Shown one piece after another: positions 27,250-36,741 of a stretch of 64,000 bases of DNA (its first letter is position 1; each line of letters opens with the position of its first letter). Made by a program: the position numbers and the translations under genes. The notes beneath the pieces were generated by a model. That model saw only the letters and a program-made list of their open reading frames with translations. It did no database searches and had not been told where the DNA came from. The stretch lies in assembly GCA_965200315.1 (NCBI GenBank), contig OZ241362.1, positions 320,001 through 384,000 of the forward strand, read 5' to 3'. This stretch comes from Candidatus Latescibacterota bacterium. Its GTDB lineage: Bacteria; Latescibacterota; UBA2968; UBA8231.

Positions 27250-28281
27250 TCAAGTTTGCGCGAACTGGTGGACCACATCCACTAGCAGTTTGACCTTTTC
27301 ATAGGGCGTATCTGGATAGACGCCATGCCCCAAGTTGAAGATGTGGGGACGGCCTCGACCCTGCTTTAGAATGCGCTGAGCAGCCTTGGCAATGCTCGCC
27401 TCTGAGCCGTAGAGGGCGCAGGGGTCTAGATTGCCCTGTAACGGCATGGTATCTCCGAACAATTCGTAAGCTGCGTCGAGATCGATTCGCCAATCGAGGC
27501 TTAGGACGTGGGCACCGACGCGGCCAAAGCTGGGCAGATTTTGCGCCCCGGCAAGCGGGAAGTAAATGATTGGGGCATCCAGCGCGGCGAGGCTGCGGCA
27601 AACTCGCCGCACATAGGGCAGGGCGAATTCGTTGAACTGTGCCGGAGACAACAAACCGATGGAAGTGTCGAAAATCTGGACAGCTTGGGCACCGGCTTCG
27701 ATCTGAGCGCGCAAGAAGCGGCTGGCGAGCTCGGTGAGCAGGTCGAGCAGCCGATGGGCGAGGGCGGGGGCGCTGTGGAGCATGCGGCGAAAGGCGGGAA
27801 AGTCCTTGGCATGACTCCCTTCCACTAGCCAAGTGGCTAAAGTGAAAGGCCCGCCGGCATATCCGATGAGCGGAACCGCGGGGGGCAGGGTGTTGCGTAC
27901 AAGTCGCGCTGTTTCTAAGACGTAGGTGAGGTCGTCCTCGGGGATGGGGTTGCGGAGGTCGTCGATGTCAGCAGCGGAGCGGACCGGGCGGGCGAACACA
28001 GGGCCGGGTGCGTAGGTCAGCTCGCAGCCAAGCGCTTCTAAAGGCGTCACTAAATCGGTAAAGAGAATAGCCGCATCGACCCCGAGTAGCTCGACCGGCA
28101 TGAGGGTAATTTCAGCGGCGAGTTCGGGGGTTTTGAAAAGTTTGAGCAGAGAACCGTGACGCTGGCGCAACTCTCGGTACGGCTTGAGGATGCGGCCAGC
28201 TTGACGCATGATCCAGATGGGAGGCGTTGCCGGCGCTCGGCCCCGACAGGCTTGGAGGAAGGGGGCGGCTGAATCGGACAA
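27250..28281 (-). CDS. hemE: Uroporphyrinogen decarboxylase
   Basis: PIWIMRQAGR, DAAILFTD, GYAGGPFTLA, AGAQAVQIFDT, LQGNLDP, HIFNLGHG. Confidence 0.95.
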   Translation of the reverse strand: MSDSAAPFLQACRGRAPATPPIWIMRQAGRILKPYRELRQRHGSLLKLFKTPELAAEITLMPVELLGVDAAILFTDLVTPLEALGCELTYAPGPVFARPVRSAADIDDLRNPIPEDDLTYVLETARLVRNTLPPAVPLIGYAGGPFTLATWLVEGSHAKDFPAFRRMLHSAPALAHRLLDLLTELASRFLRAQIEAGAQAVQIFDTSIGLLSPAQFNEFALPYVRRVCRSLAALDAPIIYFPLAGAQNLPSFGRVGAHVLSLDWRIDLDAAYELFGDTMPLQGNLDPCALYGSEASIAKAAQRILKQGRGRPHIFNLGHGVYPDTPYEKVKLLVDVVHQFAQT

Positions 28282-28285
28282 AGCG

Positions 28286-30616
28286 CTAGCGACCCGGTTC
28301 GACCATCCACTCAGGCAAGGCGATCTGGTAGGTAACTACGTCCTCTAGCGGTTTGAAGCGGACGCGGTCTCCTTCCATATCGGCCCGATAGACGTCCGGC
28401 TCTTCGTCATCGGACTTGAAGGCCAACAGGCGCAACGGGGGTAGTTTGCGATCTGGCCAGTACTGGCCCACGTCGATTACTATATCGGCTTGGCACCCAA
28501 AGGGCACGATGTCAATTTCCCATTTGCGCTCTTTAATGGCGACAGCGCCATCGAGTTCTACGGGGCCAAATTGCCCCCGTTGCCCTCGGGTATCGACGAA
28601 CAAATAGTCTGCGCAAGAGGCGTAGTCTATGTGCCCTGAGCCGGCGTCGGCTGAATAGACCAGCAGCGATGAGTCCTGCAAGGCGCAAAACGAGCCTGGG
28701 GGAAGGTGGTAAGCCACATCGCTTTGGTGGACGGTCCAAGGCTGCTCCCAACCGAGGTTGGCATAGACTTCAAGGCCATTGTCGTACGTCACCCGTACCT
28801 GTCCTTGAGCAAACGCGCCGGAAAGCAACGCATCGTTAGTCTCCAAAAACTGGTCGTTGTGGCAGTAAGCGATGGCGCGCACTGGGACACGGAGGTAGTG
28901 CTTTTGTAGTTCGCGCAGCATGTAATAGGATTTGACCGTAGAGGCGATGCCCCACTCCAACTGGTCGGGAAGCAGACAGGCGTGGCCAAAGGCCGCAGTA
29001 GCGGCGAGATAGCGGTCGAGATAGGTGCTGCGACTGTGTTTTTCACCTTGGGGGATGTGCTCAGCAAAGTACTGATCGATGGTCCCCAGACCTGCATCGG
29101 TTTCAATGGGATGGAGGTTTTGCAGGTCGAAGTCTACCAGCGGCGGAATGCGGCTGGGATCGTTCCCGACCATGCGAGCGAGGTAACCGGTCAGGACGCC
29201 GGCGTAGAACCAGTGATTGCCGCCGTTCCCGATGGCCAAGCCAGCTTGGGCTTGGGATTGGAGAAGGCTTTGTTGCCGGGAATAGCTACCCGCCAAGTGG
29301 CCGGTTGCTGACGCGCCGGCGCTGAAGTCGTTGAATTCCCAAGGTGGAACTTCGGCGTGTTCGCTTACGTACAGGGCGTCGCAGGGGTATTTGTCGATGA
29401 TGGTGCGCGCGTGTTGGGGTGCGTGCGCCAATGCTTCGGACGGCTTGAGCAAATACAGCCCGGGTCCAGTAGGGTTTGGGCTGCCATCGGCGAGTTGGGC
29501 CGCCCATTCGGGCTGCCAGCAGGAACTGGTAGGAGCGATGTGGCGATAGTTGACTTGGAGGCTGGTTTTGTAGCCCAAGTCGGACAGGGCGTCGAGGTAC
29601 TCGTCGAGGGCGTCTTCACCGCCTTTGGCCTCTGCTCCTTCCACCACGAGCGTGGCGTCGCCGTCGCCATCGTGCCAAGTTTCGCTGGGGTGGTTGATCA
29701 GTAAGTGATCGATGCCCATCAGCTTGAGCTGACGCATGTTTTCGTATAACTCGACGTAGCTTTCTTGGGATGCGTCGATATAGGGGATGTTGTACCAGAC
29801 CCAGTCGGCTAGCGTTTCGCCTAACTCGGCCTCGGCCGTGGAAAAGGCCGGAAGGACTTCTTCGTATTGGGTGGAGACCGTTATGAGCCAGCGTTCCTGA
29901 AAGTCGCGGCGCTTGCCGTCGCTTTGGCTGGCGTAGCCACAGCCACCGTTGAGTTGGACGAGGCGCTGGGACTCGGCTTCGGGCGGAGCGTACAGGGTGG
30001 AAGCACGCGAGTAGTGCCAATCCACGAAGCTAGACAAGAAATGGCCCGCAGTGCAGAGGATGCGCGGGTAGTTGTCACCGAAATTGAAATAGGGGATGGT
30101 GATCAGGCGCGGGTGCAAGGCCCCGGTGACCCGGCCGAGCGAGAGGCCAGTGCCCTTGCCGTGCCCGCCTTCGATTTCCACGACGAGGGACTTGCCGCGG
30201 ATGCTGAGCCGGTAGAGGAAGTTGGCTTGTTCCTCCCCAAGTTTCCACTGCCAACGGGCCTCGACGCAATCGCCAACTTGCTCGCAGGAGATGAAGTGTC
30301 GCTCTACTTCTTCGCTATCGGCTGGCCAAACCGAGCCGCCCATTTCCACGGCGATCCCGCCGTCTTCGGCTGGTTTGATCGGGTCGTTGTTGTTGACTTC
30401 TAGCTCTATATCGGCGAAGGTGCCATCGATGGGCGTGTAGATAAATTGGACGACGGCAGAGACTGAGCGGCTTTCAAAGACAAAGGAAATACCCTCTTTG
30501 CGAATCGAGGTTTCGACTTCTTCGTGGAGCGTGGGAAAAATCGAGAGTTGACTGTGGCTAGCGGATGCGGGCTTTTGCTCGCCCGGAGTCGTCGCCACCC
30601 CTGTTTGGTCTGCCAT
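28286..30616 (-). CDS. Large hypothetical protein with a glycoside-hydrolase-like TIM-barrel region
   Basis: 776-aa ORF; GGEDALDEY....GY....VNY, VPPW and HWFYAG pattern resembles GH129/GH101/DUF5696-like barrels; no signal peptide. Confidence 0.65.
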   Translation of the reverse strand: MADQTGVATTPGEQKPASASHSQLSIFPTLHEEVETSIRKEGISFVFESRSVSAVVQFIYTPIDGTFADIELEVNNNDPIKPAEDGGIAVEMGGSVWPADSEEVERHFISCEQVGDCVEARWQWKLGEEQANFLYRLSIRGKSLVVEIEGGHGKGTGLSLGRVTGALHPRLITIPYFNFGDNYPRILCTAGHFLSSFVDWHYSRASTLYAPPEAESQRLVQLNGGCGYASQSDGKRRDFQERWLITVSTQYEEVLPAFSTAEAELGETLADWVWYNIPYIDASQESYVELYENMRQLKLMGIDHLLINHPSETWHDGDGDATLVVEGAEAKGGEDALDEYLDALSDLGYKTSLQVNYRHIAPTSSCWQPEWAAQLADGSPNPTGPGLYLLKPSEALAHAPQHARTIIDKYPCDALYVSEHAEVPPWEFNDFSAGASATGHLAGSYSRQQSLLQSQAQAGLAIGNGGNHWFYAGVLTGYLARMVGNDPSRIPPLVDFDLQNLHPIETDAGLGTIDQYFAEHIPQGEKHSRSTYLDRYLAATAAFGHACLLPDQLEWGIASTVKSYYMLRELQKHYLRVPVRAIAYCHNDQFLETNDALLSGAFAQGQVRVTYDNGLEVYANLGWEQPWTVHQSDVAYHLPPGSFCALQDSSLLVYSADAGSGHIDYASCADYLFVDTRGQRGQFGPVELDGAVAIKERKWEIDIVPFGCQADIVIDVGQYWPDRKLPPLRLLAFKSDDEEPDVYRADMEGDRVRFKPLEDVVTYQIALPEWMVEPGR

Positions 30617-30663
30617 GGAACGTCCTGACTCAGCTCGTTTTTACATAATTGCCAAAGTAAAAC

Positions 30664-30692
30664 AACATAGAGAATAAACGAGGGCGTGTCAA
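30664..30692 (-). promoter_or_regulatory. Putative sigma70 promoter (minus strand, for the 776-aa gene and hemE)
   Basis: Reverse complement reads TTGACA-17 bp-TATGTT. Confidence 0.6.
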
Positions 30693-30709
30693 GCTGAAGG
30701 CCGCTTGGT

Positions 30710-30738
30710 TTGACCGGGGGATAAAACCATTCTATCTT
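30710..30738 (+). promoter_or_regulatory. Putative sigma70 promoter
   Basis: TTGACC-17 bp-TATCTT; the same hexamers occur upstream of ftsH. Confidence 0.6.
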
Positions 30739-30776
30739 ATTGTTTTTATAATAACTTTAGTGGTGTATAAACCAGC

Positions 30777-32012
30777 TTGGAATCGAGAGATTGCATAGTG
30801 GTCGGCGGTGGGGCCGCCGGCATGCTGGCAGCCATTGTTGCCGCCGAGGCGGGCGAGCGGGTGATCCTGCTTGAAGGCAGCGGAAAATTGGGGCGGAAGA
30901 TATTGATTTCGGGCAATGGGCGCTGCAACCTGACGAATAGGGCGGCGGACGATCTCCGGCACTACCACGGTACGCATCCGCGCTTTGTCCGCAGCGCGCT
31001 CGACCAATTCCGCTTAGACGAAACCTTGGCGTTTTTTGCCGATCTAGGGATTGAGTTCCGCGAAGAAAAACGGCAGCGCCTCTTCCCGGTGTCGGATCAG
31101 GCGCAGGCGGTCGTCGATTTGCTCGCGGACCGCATGAGTTGCCTAGGCGTCCGCGTCGAAACCCATGCTAAGGTGGTGGGTATAGGCCGCGTCCCCGGCG
31201 CGGCGCGCTTTGCGTTGCGCGCCGCCGAGGGGCAGTGCTACACCGGAGCGCGCGTGATATTGGCCAGCGGCGGCGTCAGCCTCGCTCGCTTGGGAGCCGA
31301 CCGCTCGGGTATGGATTTGGCCGTGGCCATGGGGCATCAGCTCACCGACCTCAAGCCCGGGTTGGTGCCGCTCATCAGCCCGGAAAAATACGTCGCCCGC
31401 ATGCAAGGGCTCAAGGTCCGGGCCGAAGTGCGCGTTGCGCTCAAAGGAGGGCGTGAGGTCGGTGATACAGACGATTTGCTCTTCACAAAATACGGCGTCT
31501 CTGGGTTTGCCATATTAAACCTCAGCGCTCGCTTGGTACCCGAGTTAAAGACGCAGCAAGCCGTACTCCGGGTCAATTTTTTCCCCGGTCGAAGCCCGGA
31601 AGCGATCAGTCAATTGCTCAAAGAGCGCTGGCAGCGCCATCCCCATCGCTCGCTAGCGCTGAGTTTCGCCGGTCTGCTTTCCAGCAAATTGGTGCATCCA
31701 CTCTTGAACCACTTGGGGTTTGACGCGGCACAGCGGGTCGATCAGCTCGGCAAGAGCGCGCGCTGGCAGCTTGCCCAGCACCTGACGAATTGGCCGATTG
31801 CCGTCAGCGGCCCGAGGCCGTTTGACTACGCCGAAGTGACGATCGGGGGCATAAGCACCGAGGATGTCAATCCCGATACGCTCGAATCCTTTTTGGTGCC
31901 CGGGCTGTACTTTGCCGGCGAGATGGTTGACGTTCACGCCGACTTGGGGGGATTTAACTTCCAATGGGCTTGGGCCAGCGGCGTTCTCGCCGGTCGCCGG
32001 TTGGGATCGTGA
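30777..32012 (+). CDS. HI0933/YhiN (BaiN-like) flavoprotein
   Basis: GGGAAGMLAA, GRKILISGNGRCNLTN, RLFPVSD, LFTKYGVSG, AEVTIGG, GLYFAGE..DV....GGFNFQWAWASG. Confidence 0.93.
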   Translation: MESRDCIVVGGGAAGMLAAIVAAEAGERVILLEGSGKLGRKILISGNGRCNLTNRAADDLRHYHGTHPRFVRSALDQFRLDETLAFFADLGIEFREEKRQRLFPVSDQAQAVVDLLADRMSCLGVRVETHAKVVGIGRVPGAARFALRAAEGQCYTGARVILASGGVSLARLGADRSGMDLAVAMGHQLTDLKPGLVPLISPEKYVARMQGLKVRAEVRVALKGGREVGDTDDLLFTKYGVSGFAILNLSARLVPELKTQQAVLRVNFFPGRSPEAISQLLKERWQRHPHRSLALSFAGLLSSKLVHPLLNHLGFDAAQRVDQLGKSARWQLAQHLTNWPIAVSGPRPFDYAEVTIGGISTEDVNPDTLESFLVPGLYFAGEMVDVHADLGGFNFQWAWASGVLAGRRLGS

Positions 32013-32042
32013 GCACTGGCGCGACTTGTCTGTGGCCCTAGA

Positions 32043-32657
32043 TTGAAAAAGATGCGAGCAGATGGAACGGGCCGAGTGGCCGGCATCATTTTGGCGGCGG
32101 GCATGTCCACCCGCATGGGGCAGCTCAAGCAGCTCTTGCCCTTGGGCGGCCGGCCGGCTATTGAATGGATCGCCGAAGTCGTGGGGCAGCGGTTGGATGA
32201 GGTGGTGGTCGTGCTTGGCCACCGCGCCGAGGAAATTGCCCCGGTCCTTGCTGATTATCTGGTCCGTTGCGTCGTCAATGCCGACTATCAAACGGGTATG
32301 CTCTCTTCCGTACAATGCGCTGTGCGAGCAGTGGATACAGCAGCCGATTACTTGATTTGTCTAGGCGATCAACCCCGACTGAGTGGAGCCGTAGTAGAGC
32401 AGGTCTTGCAGGCGAGAACACAGGTCGGCGCGGGCATCATCATACCCACCGCCAATGGGAAAAGGGGGCATCCGGTACTGATCCGCAACCCGTACCGGGC
32501 GGAAATTTTGGCATTGCCACTGGATGTGGGATTGAACGCGGTGACGCGGGGCCATCCCGAGGATACGTGCGAGTTGCCTATGGCAGAGGCCGCCATTTTG
32601 ACCGACATGGATACGCCAGCCGACTACCAGCGCGAGCTGGAACAGTGGCCAGAGTAA
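32043..32657 (+). CDS. MobA/MocA-like NTP transferase (molybdenum cofactor cytidylyltransferase-like)
   Basis: ILAAGMSTRMGQLKQLL, GMLSS, LGDQP, GHPV, DMDTPADY; adjacent to xdhC. Confidence 0.87.
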   Translation: MKKMRADGTGRVAGIILAAGMSTRMGQLKQLLPLGGRPAIEWIAEVVGQRLDEVVVVLGHRAEEIAPVLADYLVRCVVNADYQTGMLSSVQCAVRAVDTAADYLICLGDQPRLSGAVVEQVLQARTQVGAGIIIPTANGKRGHPVLIRNPYRAEILALPLDVGLNAVTRGHPEDTCELPMAEAAILTDMDTPADYQRELEQWPE

Positions 32658-32660
32658 GTT

Positions 32661-33761
32661 ATGGACGACATTATCACTGAAATTATCCGACGCAAGGAGC
32701 AAGGCGAGCGCATAGCCTTGGCTTCGCTGGTGTGGAGCACCGGCTCGATTCCCATGAGCGAGCGGGCCAAAATGATCGTCGCCGAGGAAGGGGACGTCGT
32801 CGGCACCATCGGCGGCGGATGCCTCGAAGCCGAGGTCTTGAGCGCCGGCCGCACTGCGCTGGCGGCCGGCGAAAACCAGCTCCTGAGCTACACCATGACG
32901 GAAAAACAAGCCGGAGAGAGCGGCTTAAATTGCGGCGGCAGCGTGCGAATTTACACCGAAGTCATTGAGCCGGACGAGGCAGCCGACTTCTATGGCCGCG
33001 TGCTAGCAGCGCGTCAGGCGCGCCGCGGTTGCGCGCTGGCGACCCTGCTCAAACGCCGCTTTGACTCGACCGGAGAGGGGCGATTGTGGCTAGGGGCCGA
33101 CGGCAGCATCTGTGGTTCGCTGGGTACGCCCGCAGCCGATCGTCAAATGGAGGAGCGCTTGCCCGAAGTGATCGCGTGCGAGCGCGGCCTAGTATGCACA
33201 CTGGACCCGAGCTCCGAACTGGGCGCGGCCGCAGAAGTATTTATCGAGCCATTCCTGCCCGAGCCGGTGCTCTACGTCTTCGGCGGCGGCCACGTAGGTG
33301 GGCAGATTTGCGCGCTGGCAAAAAATGTGGGCTTTCGCGTCGTCCTCATTGACGACCGCCCGGCGTTTGCCAATCCCGAGCGGCATCCGCAGGCCGACGA
33401 GTGCTTAGTCGCCGGCATGGAAGAGGTATTCGCCGATTTGCCTATTGACGATCAGTCCTACATCATCGCGGCGACTCGCGGTCACCAGCACGACGAAATC
33501 GTCGTCGAAGCGGCGATCAAGACGCCGGCGCGCTACATCGGGATGCTGGGCAGCGAGCGCAAGAAGCTCATTTTGTGGCGGCGGATCGCCGAGCGCGGCG
33601 GCAACCCGCAGCGCTTGGACGCCGTCTTTGCGCCGATTGGGTTCAACATCGGCGCGGACACTCCGGCTGAGATCGCGGTCAGCGTCGTCGCCGAACTGAT
33701 TGAGCAGCGGCGTGGAACGCCCAAAGTGTGGAAGACAAAGAGAAAAACTCATGGGAGATGA
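32661..33761 (+). CDS. xdhC: XdhC/CoxI family molybdoenzyme maturation factor
   Basis: GTIGGGCLEAEV, GLNCGG, FGGGHVG, TRGHQHD, YIGMLGS, APIG.NIGADTPAEIAVS. Confidence 0.9.
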   Translation: MDDIITEIIRRKEQGERIALASLVWSTGSIPMSERAKMIVAEEGDVVGTIGGGCLEAEVLSAGRTALAAGENQLLSYTMTEKQAGESGLNCGGSVRIYTEVIEPDEAADFYGRVLAARQARRGCALATLLKRRFDSTGEGRLWLGADGSICGSLGTPAADRQMEERLPEVIACERGLVCTLDPSSELGAAAEVFIEPFLPEPVLYVFGGGHVGGQICALAKNVGFRVVLIDDRPAFANPERHPQADECLVAGMEEVFADLPIDDQSYIIAATRGHQHDEIVVEAAIKTPARYIGMLGSERKKLILWRRIAERGGNPQRLDAVFAPIGFNIGADTPAEIAVSVVAELIEQRRGTPKVWKTKRKTHGR

Positions 33762-34779
33762 ACTGCGCTACGGGGTGGCCGCCTGTCAGGTTGACCAACC
33801 CAATCCCACCGATCGCGCTGAAATGGCCCGCAACACCGCTCGCATGGTCGAAATGGTCGATATGGCCGTTGAAGGCTATGGGCCGTTCATGGACGTCAAG
33901 CTGCTGGCCTTTCCCGAATTTGGCCACGCCGCGCCGATCTATCCCACCGCCAAGAGCTTGCTGGCCAAATTGACCGTCCCCATTCCCAACGAGCACACGG
34001 TTCGTTGGGAGGACAAAGCTCGCGAATTGGGAGTGTACATTCAAACGGCCACCTTCCTCGAAGAAGATCCCCAATGGCCGGGCAAGGTGTTCAACACGAC
34101 CTGCCTGCTCGGGCCGGAAGGACTGTGGTACAAGTACCGCAAGGTCAACCCTTGGATCCCTTGGGAAGTCCACGCCAGCCCCCACGACTTGGCCGACTAC
34201 GCGGACGAACTGTTCCCGGTGGCCCACACGCCCATAGGCTGCATTGGCGCGGCGATTTGCTACGACTGGCTCTTCCCCGAGCCGCTACGCCAGCTCACGG
34301 TCCACGGCGCTGAAATCCTCGTCCGCGTCTCGGCCTACATGGACCCTTGGGGTGCGACGCCACCGCTGGATTGGTGGACGACGGTAAATCGCTGTCGGGC
34401 CTTGGAAAATACGGCGTATGTGCTCGCCGCCAACCAAGGGGCCGAGCTGAGTCACTATCCCCCCTTTTCTTGGCCGGGCGGCTCAATGGTGGTCGATTTC
34501 GACGGCCGCATCTTAGCCCAAGCCGATCCGGGGGTAGGGGAAAAAATCGTCGTCTCCGAAGTCGATATCGGGGCCTTGCGGCACACTCGCAAGCGGCGCG
34601 CCGGCCACCACACTTTAGCCCATCTGCGCAGCGAGGCGTACCCCATGTACGGACAGCCGTACTATCCACAGGGGAGTTTCTCCGCAGAGGACAATCACAC
34701 CGTCGCCATGAATCAAGAGCGCATCGCCGAGGTTAAGCAGAGGATAATGGTCGTTAAGGAAAGAAGTGGGAAAAAGTGA
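33751..34779 (+). CDS. Nitrilase / carbon-nitrogen hydrolase
   Basis: Catalytic triad FPEF, YRK, AICYDW; RALEN; GGSMVVDFDG. Confidence 0.9.
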   Translation: MGDELRYGVAACQVDQPNPTDRAEMARNTARMVEMVDMAVEGYGPFMDVKLLAFPEFGHAAPIYPTAKSLLAKLTVPIPNEHTVRWEDKARELGVYIQTATFLEEDPQWPGKVFNTTCLLGPEGLWYKYRKVNPWIPWEVHASPHDLADYADELFPVAHTPIGCIGAAICYDWLFPEPLRQLTVHGAEILVRVSAYMDPWGATPPLDWWTTVNRCRALENTAYVLAANQGAELSHYPPFSWPGGSMVVDFDGRILAQADPGVGEKIVVSEVDIGALRHTRKRRAGHHTLAHLRSEAYPMYGQPYYPQGSFSAEDNHTVAMNQERIAEVKQRIMVVKERSGKK

Positions 34780-35107
34780 GTATCTGATATTACGCAGTTT
34801 CCCAAAAAATTCTCAATTTCACCCAATATCTTGGATCAACAGGCTGCGATAAAACACAAGATAGAGAGCCACTGCGTGAAGAACTCAATTCACTCTACTT
34901 ACATGGGTTGTTTGCTTTTTGCCCGACAAAATCCTGTAGAAGCGGCTACTATCGAAGAGGTATTAGCTTATTGCCGGGCGCAGGCTGAGGCTGACAAGCG
35001 TCTCGCCTGTTTTGACGAGTTTTCAATTTAACGGGCAGTGCGGAGGCAATGCGTCCGTTGCGCGAGTCCCATTCTGTCTATCCGTGTTACAGGCGGCACT
35101 GGCAGTC

Positions 35108-35824
35108 GTGAAACGCTACAGCGACCGGCAGATTCGCCGCACCCTGAGCAAGTACGATACTCGGCAGGTGTGCCGCACCTTGGCAACCGGCTGCGAGCTA
35201 CAGTTGACGGCAGTCGGCGATGTAGATGCCTTGGTGGACCGCATGATCGAGCGCGAGGGACGGCTCCAGAAGGTAGAGCGCTTTCCCTATTGGGCCGAGT
35301 TGTGGCCAACGGCGTTGGCCATGGCCCAGTGGTTTTGCTGCGCCAAGGAGCCGATTCCGAGAGGTTGGGTCTGCGAATTAGGCTGCGGTTTGGGGCTGGT
35401 AGGCATTGCCTTAGCCAAGTTAGGTTGGCGCGTCGAAGCGACTGATTTCGTCGAGGATGCGCTGATTTTCGCCGCCCACAATGCCCGGCTCAACAAGGTT
35501 CAGCACAACCACCGGGTGGCTTATTTGGATTGGCGAAATCCCGTGGGAGAGCCACGCGAGTGCTTGGTGGGGGCGGACATCATCTACGAAAAGAAGAATC
35601 ACCGCTATCTCGAGTGCATTCTGCACAAACTACTGCTACCCGGTGGCCGCCTGTACCTCGGGGATCCGCAGCGCAAGGACGCCGATGATTTCGTCGCACG
35701 GCTCGTCGCCCAAGGCTATAGTCAGCGGCGAGAAACGCGGGCCGAGACGTGGAATTCAGTCGAGTACCAAGTCGCTATCTACGTATTTACCAAGCCTCAA
35801 GACGCCAGCAGGGCGCTTAGGTGA
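35108..35824 (+). CDS. Class I SAM-dependent methyltransferase (Methyltransf_16 / METTL21-like)
   Basis: FPYWAELWP, ELGCGLGLVG, ATD, LDW, GADIIYE, DPQR; start uncertain (ORF open from 35012). Confidence 0.85.
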   Translation: MKRYSDRQIRRTLSKYDTRQVCRTLATGCELQLTAVGDVDALVDRMIEREGRLQKVERFPYWAELWPTALAMAQWFCCAKEPIPRGWVCELGCGLGLVGIALAKLGWRVEATDFVEDALIFAAHNARLNKVQHNHRVAYLDWRNPVGEPRECLVGADIIYEKKNHRYLECILHKLLLPGGRLYLGDPQRKDADDFVARLVAQGYSQRRETRAETWNSVEYQVAIYVFTKPQDASRALR

Positions 35825-36741
35825 GCAGCTACCGAAGCGGAGGTTCCCTCTAAGTCGTATCCGCCCTCCAGTAGGGAGACGAGGTGGCCCTCGCAGTGGC
35901 GGGTGGCTAGCTGGAGCACCAACTCGGTTAGCTGGCCATAGCCCTCTGCGCTGAGTAAGATTTGCCCGAGGGGGTCGCTGCGATGGGCGTCAAAACCGGC
36001 TGACAGGAGGATGAAATCGGGTTGGAACTGGTCTATGGCTGGAATGATGGTGTCGGCGAAGTGGCGGAGGTAATCGGCATCAGTGCTACCGGCCTGGACT
36101 GGCATATTCAAGGTTTGGCCGCGGCCCGCTCCCAACCCGCGCTCGTCGGCCGCACCAGTGCCCGGATAGAGGGGGGATTGGTGGATGCTGCAAAAAAACA
36201 CCGAACCGTCGGCCTCAAAGATGTGCTGCGTGCCATTGCCGTGATGGACGTCCCAGTCGATGATCGCCACTTTGTCGCAGCCGCATTCGGCCCGCAGGTA
36301 GTGAGCGGCGACCGCCGCGTTGTTGAAGAAGCAAAAGCCCATGATTTCCTCGGCTTCGGCGTGGTGGCCCGGAGGCCGCATGCAGCAGAAAGCATGGTCG
36401 GCGTGGCCGGCGAGCAGGGCGTCGATAGCGGTTAAGGGGGCTCCGGCCGCTAGGAGGGCGGCCCGGTACGTGCCTAAAGAGAATGCGGTGTCTTGGCTCA
36501 CATAGACGAACTGCTCGACCTGTGCGAGGGCCGCTACTCGGTCCAAGTGGGCCGGCGAGTGGGCTCTGAGCAGAGCGCGACGCGGTGCCAACTGCGGCTG
36601 AAGGTGCAGCACTTCGTCCCACAGCGAGCGGTCTTTTAAGTGTTGGACAATGGATTCCAAGCGCGCACGGCACTCTGGATGCCCCTCGCCCGTGTCGTGC
36701 AACAAGGCGTCCGGGTGATAGATCAAGGCCGTCCTAGTCAC
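35797..36741 (-). CDS. Histone deacetylase family amidohydrolase
   Basis: HPEC.ARL, RPPGHHA, GFCFFNN, DWDVHHGNGTQ, SAGFDAH..DPL, LEGGY. Confidence 0.94.
   Translation of the reverse strand: MTRTALIYHPDALLHDTGEGHPECRARLESIVQHLKDRSLWDEVLHLQPQLAPRRALLRAHSPAHLDRVAALAQVEQFVYVSQDTAFSLGTYRAALLAAGAPLTAIDALLAGHADHAFCCMRPPGHHAEAEEIMGFCFFNNAAVAAHYLRAECGCDKVAIIDWDVHHGNGTQHIFEADGSVFFCSIHQSPLYPGTGAADERGLGAGRGQTLNMPVQAGSTDADYLRHFADTIIPAIDQFQPDFILLSAGFDAHRSDPLGQILLSAEGYGQLTELVLQLATRHCEGHLVSLLEGGYDLEGTSASVAAHLSALLAS

Noticed and set aside
34777-34779. Selenocysteine readthrough at the nitrilase TGA
   Set aside because: The nitrilase domain is complete before the stop, the position is not a Cys-equivalent catalytic site, and I could not see a SECIS-like hairpin.
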